DNA of 64,000 nt from assembly GCF_037042905.1 (NCBI RefSeq), contig NC_087245.1, positions 18,168,001-18,232,000 on the forward strand. Reading direction: 5' to 3'. This stretch comes from Lytechinus pictus. Its lineage: Eukaryota. A model generated the notes under the pieces. It ran no database searches. It had not been told where the DNA came from and was given only the letters and a program-made list of their open reading frames with translations. Both the position numbers and the translations under genes were made by a program. Shown here piece by piece: positions 62,672 through 64,000 of the stretch. Within the stretch, counting starts at the first letter, position 1. Every line of letters begins with the position of its first letter.

Positions 62672-62962
62672 CAGTGGCGTACCTAGAATTTTCCACAGGG
62701 GGGGTGCAAAAAAAAAAAAAAAGTATTCAATCACCGTGAAATAAAGAACTTCGTACCTGAAAAAAAAAATTGACAAGCAAAAAAAAAAGGGTCTTCAAGC
62801 TCAAGCTCGTCAGGGGGGGGGGGGCAATAAAGGTCTTCAAGCTCGTCAGGGGGGGGGGCAAAAAAGGCCTTTCAATCTCGTCAGGGGGCCAGGATACGTC
62901 CTTTGCATGGGTTGTGGCTCGTCAGGGGGGCAGACTGCCCCCCCCCCTTAGATACGCTATAG
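62672..62962. mobile_element. CAGTGGCGTA-type MITE
   Basis: CAGTGGCGTACCTAG ... TAGATACGCTATAG; internal CTCGTCAGGGGG repeats. Confidence 0.6.
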
Positions 62963-63319
62963 TGACTTTAAGATATTTACTTCTTAATACTACAGCTTCT
63001 AAATAAAAAAAATCACAAACCAGTGGCGGATCCAGGGGGATGGCGCAGGGGGCGCGCTCCCCCCCCCCTAAAAAAATAAAAGAAAAGTAAAAGAAAGAAA
63101 AGGCGCTGCTTGAAAAAATAAAAATAAAGGAAAGAAAAGAAAAGGCGCCGCTTAAAAAAAATATACACTGATATAATATTAGCGACAGTAAAGGAAATAC
63201 TATCCCCCAGCAAAGCACAATAATGTCATATCATCTTCCTTATCTTTTCTTTTAACTACCCTTTTCCCAACAACTTCGCCGGTAAAAAATTATCAGCTGT
63301 GCGCTGCCAGCATATAACT

Positions 63320-64000
63320 GGCACCAATCAAGAATAATCAGCGCTACCTAAATCTAAATCGGCGCCGGACAAGAATAATCACCGCCATTTGGTTATAAAT
63401 CGGCGCCAAGAAAAATCGACGCTACCTGTGTTCTTAACCGGCGCCAATCAATGATAATCAGCGCCACCTAAATCTAAATCAGGGCCGGACAAGAATAATC
63501 AGCTCCACCTAAATCTAAATCGGGGCCGGGCAAGAATAATCGGCGCCATCTGGTTATAAATCGGCGCTGGTAAAGAAAAATCGGCGCTGCCTGAGTTCTT
63601 AACCGGCGCCGATCAAGGATAATCAGCGCCATTCTAAATCGGGGCTGGTCAAGAATAATCAGCGCCATCTGATTATAAATCGGCGCTGCCTGAGTCTTAA
63701 CCGGCGCCGATCAAGAATAATCAGCTCCACCTAAATCTAAATCGGCGCCGGACAAGAATAATCGGCGCCTCCTGGTTCTAAATCGGCGCCAGTCGATCAT
63801 TTGCCGCTGCCTGAATCTTACGTGACGTCTGGACGTCGGTAAAAATAATCAGCACTACTTGTTCTAAATCGGCGCCGGTCAAGACAAATCGGCGCTGCCT
63901 TTGTCTTAACCGGCGCCACCTAAATTTAAATCGGCGCCGGTCAAGAATAATCAGCGTCCCCTGGTTCCAATAATTAGGCGCCGGTAGAATAATGAAGAAG
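63320..64000. repeat. Degenerate GC-rich tandem repeat/satellite running off the window
   Basis: Recurring AATCGGCGCC, CAAGAATAATC and CCTAAATCTAAATC modules. Confidence 0.85.

Overview
AT-rich, intron-rich animal genomic DNA; the repeat families look like those of a marine invertebrate such as an echinoderm, but that is inference. Three + strand genes can be read by joining exons: (1) the last four coding exons of an exostosin-like 3 (EXTL3, GT64 domain) gene, stop at 9268; (2) a complete 21-exon TRAPPC9/NIBP CDS (19970..41917, 3471 nt, 1156 aa) whose intron 18 (38590..39829) is a U12-type AT-AC minor-spliceosome intron containing an 8-copy minisatellite; (3) a family-B/adhesion-like 7TM GPCR region (58302 onward) whose TM6 exon runs into a stop at an apparent insertion. 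The rest is mostly non-autonomous DNA transposons/MITEs (several nested, with readable TSDs), tRNA-derived SINEs, a Helentron-type element, a LINE 3' end, a candidate Penelope-type minimal hammerhead ribozyme and tandem repeats. Most entries in the ORF track are spurious. No prokaryotic-type system or CRISPR array is present.
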